A DNA stretch of 64,000 nt from Camelus dromedarius (Eukaryota), in assembly GCF_036321535.1 (NCBI RefSeq), contig NC_087444.1, positions 36,456,001 through 36,520,000 on the forward strand, written 5' to 3'. A program made the position numbers and the translations under genes. This document shows, piece by piece, positions 61,541-64,000 of this stretch. Below the pieces are notes generated by a model that saw only the letters and a program-made list of their open reading frames with translations, was not told the origin of the DNA and did no database searches. Numbering within the stretch: the stretch's first letter is position 1; each line of letters starts with the position of its first letter.

Positions 61541-64000
61541 AGGGTTGATGGGGCTTAGAAATCCACACAACACCTCTACTTTACTGACATTCAGCAAATT
61601 AATTCAAGAAATATTTATTGAGTCCTTGCTATGGGCAGGTGCTGGTCTGGGCTCTGGTGAAGAACACCAGACCCCAAGATGGAGAGGTATATTGATGCAG
61701 AAGGGACTGGGTTCAGGACGTCCAGCCCCCAGGCTCTCCCCTGAACAATAAGCTATTCCATGTCTGCAGAGCTGTGAATGTGAGAACCATCACCATGATG
61801 CTCTGGCCTGGGCAGCTGTGTCTAGCTAGGGCCCAGTCCATTTGGCTGTCAGCCCAACCCTCTCCTCCAGCTCTGGGATAAAACAGACAAAGCTCTTAAG
61901 CCCCTGGCCAGAGAGCAGATTCTGTCCCCACCCCCATACACAAAACACACTCCAGGTCACTCATTTCCAGGGAAGAGCAGGGACTTAGGGAGCAAAAACC
62001 AGGGGAAAGTAGGTCACAGCAGGAGGATTGGTAATCTCCCTGATGGCTGGCCAACACAGTCAGGCCCCTGCTTCTGAAAGCAGGCTGCTCCTGGCCATCC
62101 ATCAAGAATGGCTCTGGGAAGACTTTTGGAGTTTGGAGCCCTGGCACCATCCCTCCCAACAATATATGCCCAGGTTAAGGGGGCTGTGCCAAGAAGACAC
62201 GTTCTCCAACTCATTCTCAGTCCAAGCTCTTGCTATCTGTAACAGTTTCTATAAAAATAAGTTCTATTTTTCATTCCACACACTCCCACAAGTGCACTCT
62301 TTGTATCCAGCCCTAGCTTGGGTGCTAGACACACAAACAGGACCCTCAGGGAATCCACAGTGGGGAATTCTGACCTGGACCCAGACAGTAACAAGCCAGT
62401 GAGCCAGTGCTCAGTACTGAGGCAGGAGAAAGTCCTGGAGCTGTGTGTACCTGAGGCTTCTGATTCAGCTTGGAGTCAAGGTTAGGGAGGAGAGGACATT
62501 AAACAAGAAGTAGGAGTTCACCAGGAAGAAATGGGGAAGGATAGTCTGAGTACAGAAAATAAATATGTAAAGATCTAGAGGAATAAAACTCTGGCCTTCC
62601 CTTCTGGAAGATACCGATGGTCCAATGGGGCAGATCTGGGAGTGTTTGTCTCCTGAACTTTCTCCTTCAGGTGATGTGAGAAGATGGTTAATGAATGGTT
62701 GGCAGAGAGAAGCGGGAATAAAAGTACAGGTGAATGAAGCACAGGAGCAACGATAGGGCAGAGAGTGAGTTAACTGAGGTGTCTTAGCTAACCGGAATGG
62801 CAGGGTGTTTGGGAAGCACTGATGAAGTAGGGCTCCCACATATATGGTTGGAAGTCTCTGGAGGCACCTGTCACCCTAGAGCCTAAGAAATGGTCCTATC
62901 AGGCCTGATTGTGTCCTGAGAGCAACAGCCTCCCAGCATGGGCTTTAGTGTAAACCTGGCCTGCCAAGTTCTATACTAGCTCAACCCCTCCCAGCTGATC
63001 CCTTGGGCCTCTCTTATAAAGTCCTCTCCAACTCAGCCCCACTTCTCCTCCACCATTTGTAAATCTTGCATCCTTACCTCTATCACCACCTACTGTCCTC
63101 CTTCTCTGAAGCCTCCCCTTACCCCAAGGACTGAGTAGGTAGATCACTCCTCTGTGCTCCTACAGAGAAGAGTTGAAGGAATAGACTGAATAAACTGTCC
63201 TACATACAAACACAGCTGGCTTATGTAGGGTCTTGTAGACAATGGCAAGGAACTTAATATCAGGATCAATTTGTCAATTTAGAAAATAGAAAATAAAGAG
63301 GAAGAAGGGAGAGTAGAAGCCAGTTAGGAGGTCATGGCAGTGCCCACAGAAGCCGTGGCATGGTGGCTTGGAAGAGGGTCCCAGCAGTGGTGGTAGAGGA
63401 CGATCAAGAGGGTCTCATCTTCTCTGAGGCCTCCTTCTTCCGTCAGGATTTTGCCCATGTTGATTTTTGCTCTTCCTCTCCACCAGGATGAACAGGGGCT
63501 CTGTACACAGCACACACTCATTCCGTGCTCATAGAAAGTCTTCTGGGATTGTTTTTAATTCATACTGCTCAAAGAACAAGCTTGTGGAGAGCAAAGGACA
63601 GAGGAACCCTCATTGTGACCCATTTCTACAGCTCCAGCTCACCTCAGGGACTTGAATGTAGGCTCTAACAGGGTCTCCCCACCTTCTGGAACAGACTACC
63701 CTCAGATGGACCAGGACTCCAGAGAAGGAGAGGAAAGAGCACTTAATCTGAACTGTGTCTTGAAGGCTAAGGTGGTAGTTCAGCAGAGGGAAGAGGAGGT
63801 GAGAGGATCAGGAGCCTGGATGATAGTATGAACCTGGGGATAAGGGGAGGGACACTACCAGGGGCCAGGACAGGAGGAACAGGCAGAGCTAGGAGTGCCA
63901 ACCCAGGAGGACAGAGAAAGACGTGCATTCCTGCACATCTCTGGTCACCACCAGGACTCATGGAAACTGCTAGCAATGGAAAGCTCTGCCCCACCCCTGG

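Noticed and set aside
63322-63521. 65-aa ORF with protein-like composition (INMGKILTEEGGLREDETLL...)
   Set aside because: I could not match any frame to a known protein, including NRN1L. A tblastx search would be needed to exclude a processed-pseudogene fragment.

Overview
Mammalian genomic DNA, most likely a camelid (alpaca, llama or camel), inferred from two tRNA-Ala-derived SINEs and the L1 3' ends. The window is orthologous to the compact human 16q22.1 cluster, read in reverse. Plus strand: SLC12A4/KCC1 (24 coding exons, 1086 aa, intact; two U12-type introns; two alternative coding first exons), LCAT (6 exons, 440 aa, intact), PSMB10 (8 exons, 273 aa, intact) and CTRL (all 7 exons recognisable but heavily disabled, i.e. 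a unitary pseudogene). Minus strand: PSKH1 (424 aa, intact; first exon and CpG-island promoter near 60.3 kb). The rest is intronic or intergenic sequence with MIR, L2, L1, LTR and DNA-transposon relics. Exon boundaries were derived by hand; for the four intact genes the summed CDS lengths are multiples of 3 and match the expected proteins. I found no CRISPR array, no functional RNA gene and no convincing new multi-gene system. The best leads are: (1) the multiply inactivated CTRL gene; (2) three chained uORFs in the spliced PSKH1 leader, the last overlapping the main start (TGATG); (3) a non-consensus U12 terminal intron in SLC12A4 whose retention would replace the C-terminus without triggering NMD; (4) a FOXA-HNF4-FOXA motif cluster in LCAT intron 1; and (5) a candidate unannotated minus-strand exon at the right edge. 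Comparisons with human sequences are from memory and need confirming by alignment; repeat boundaries and subfamily names are approximate.
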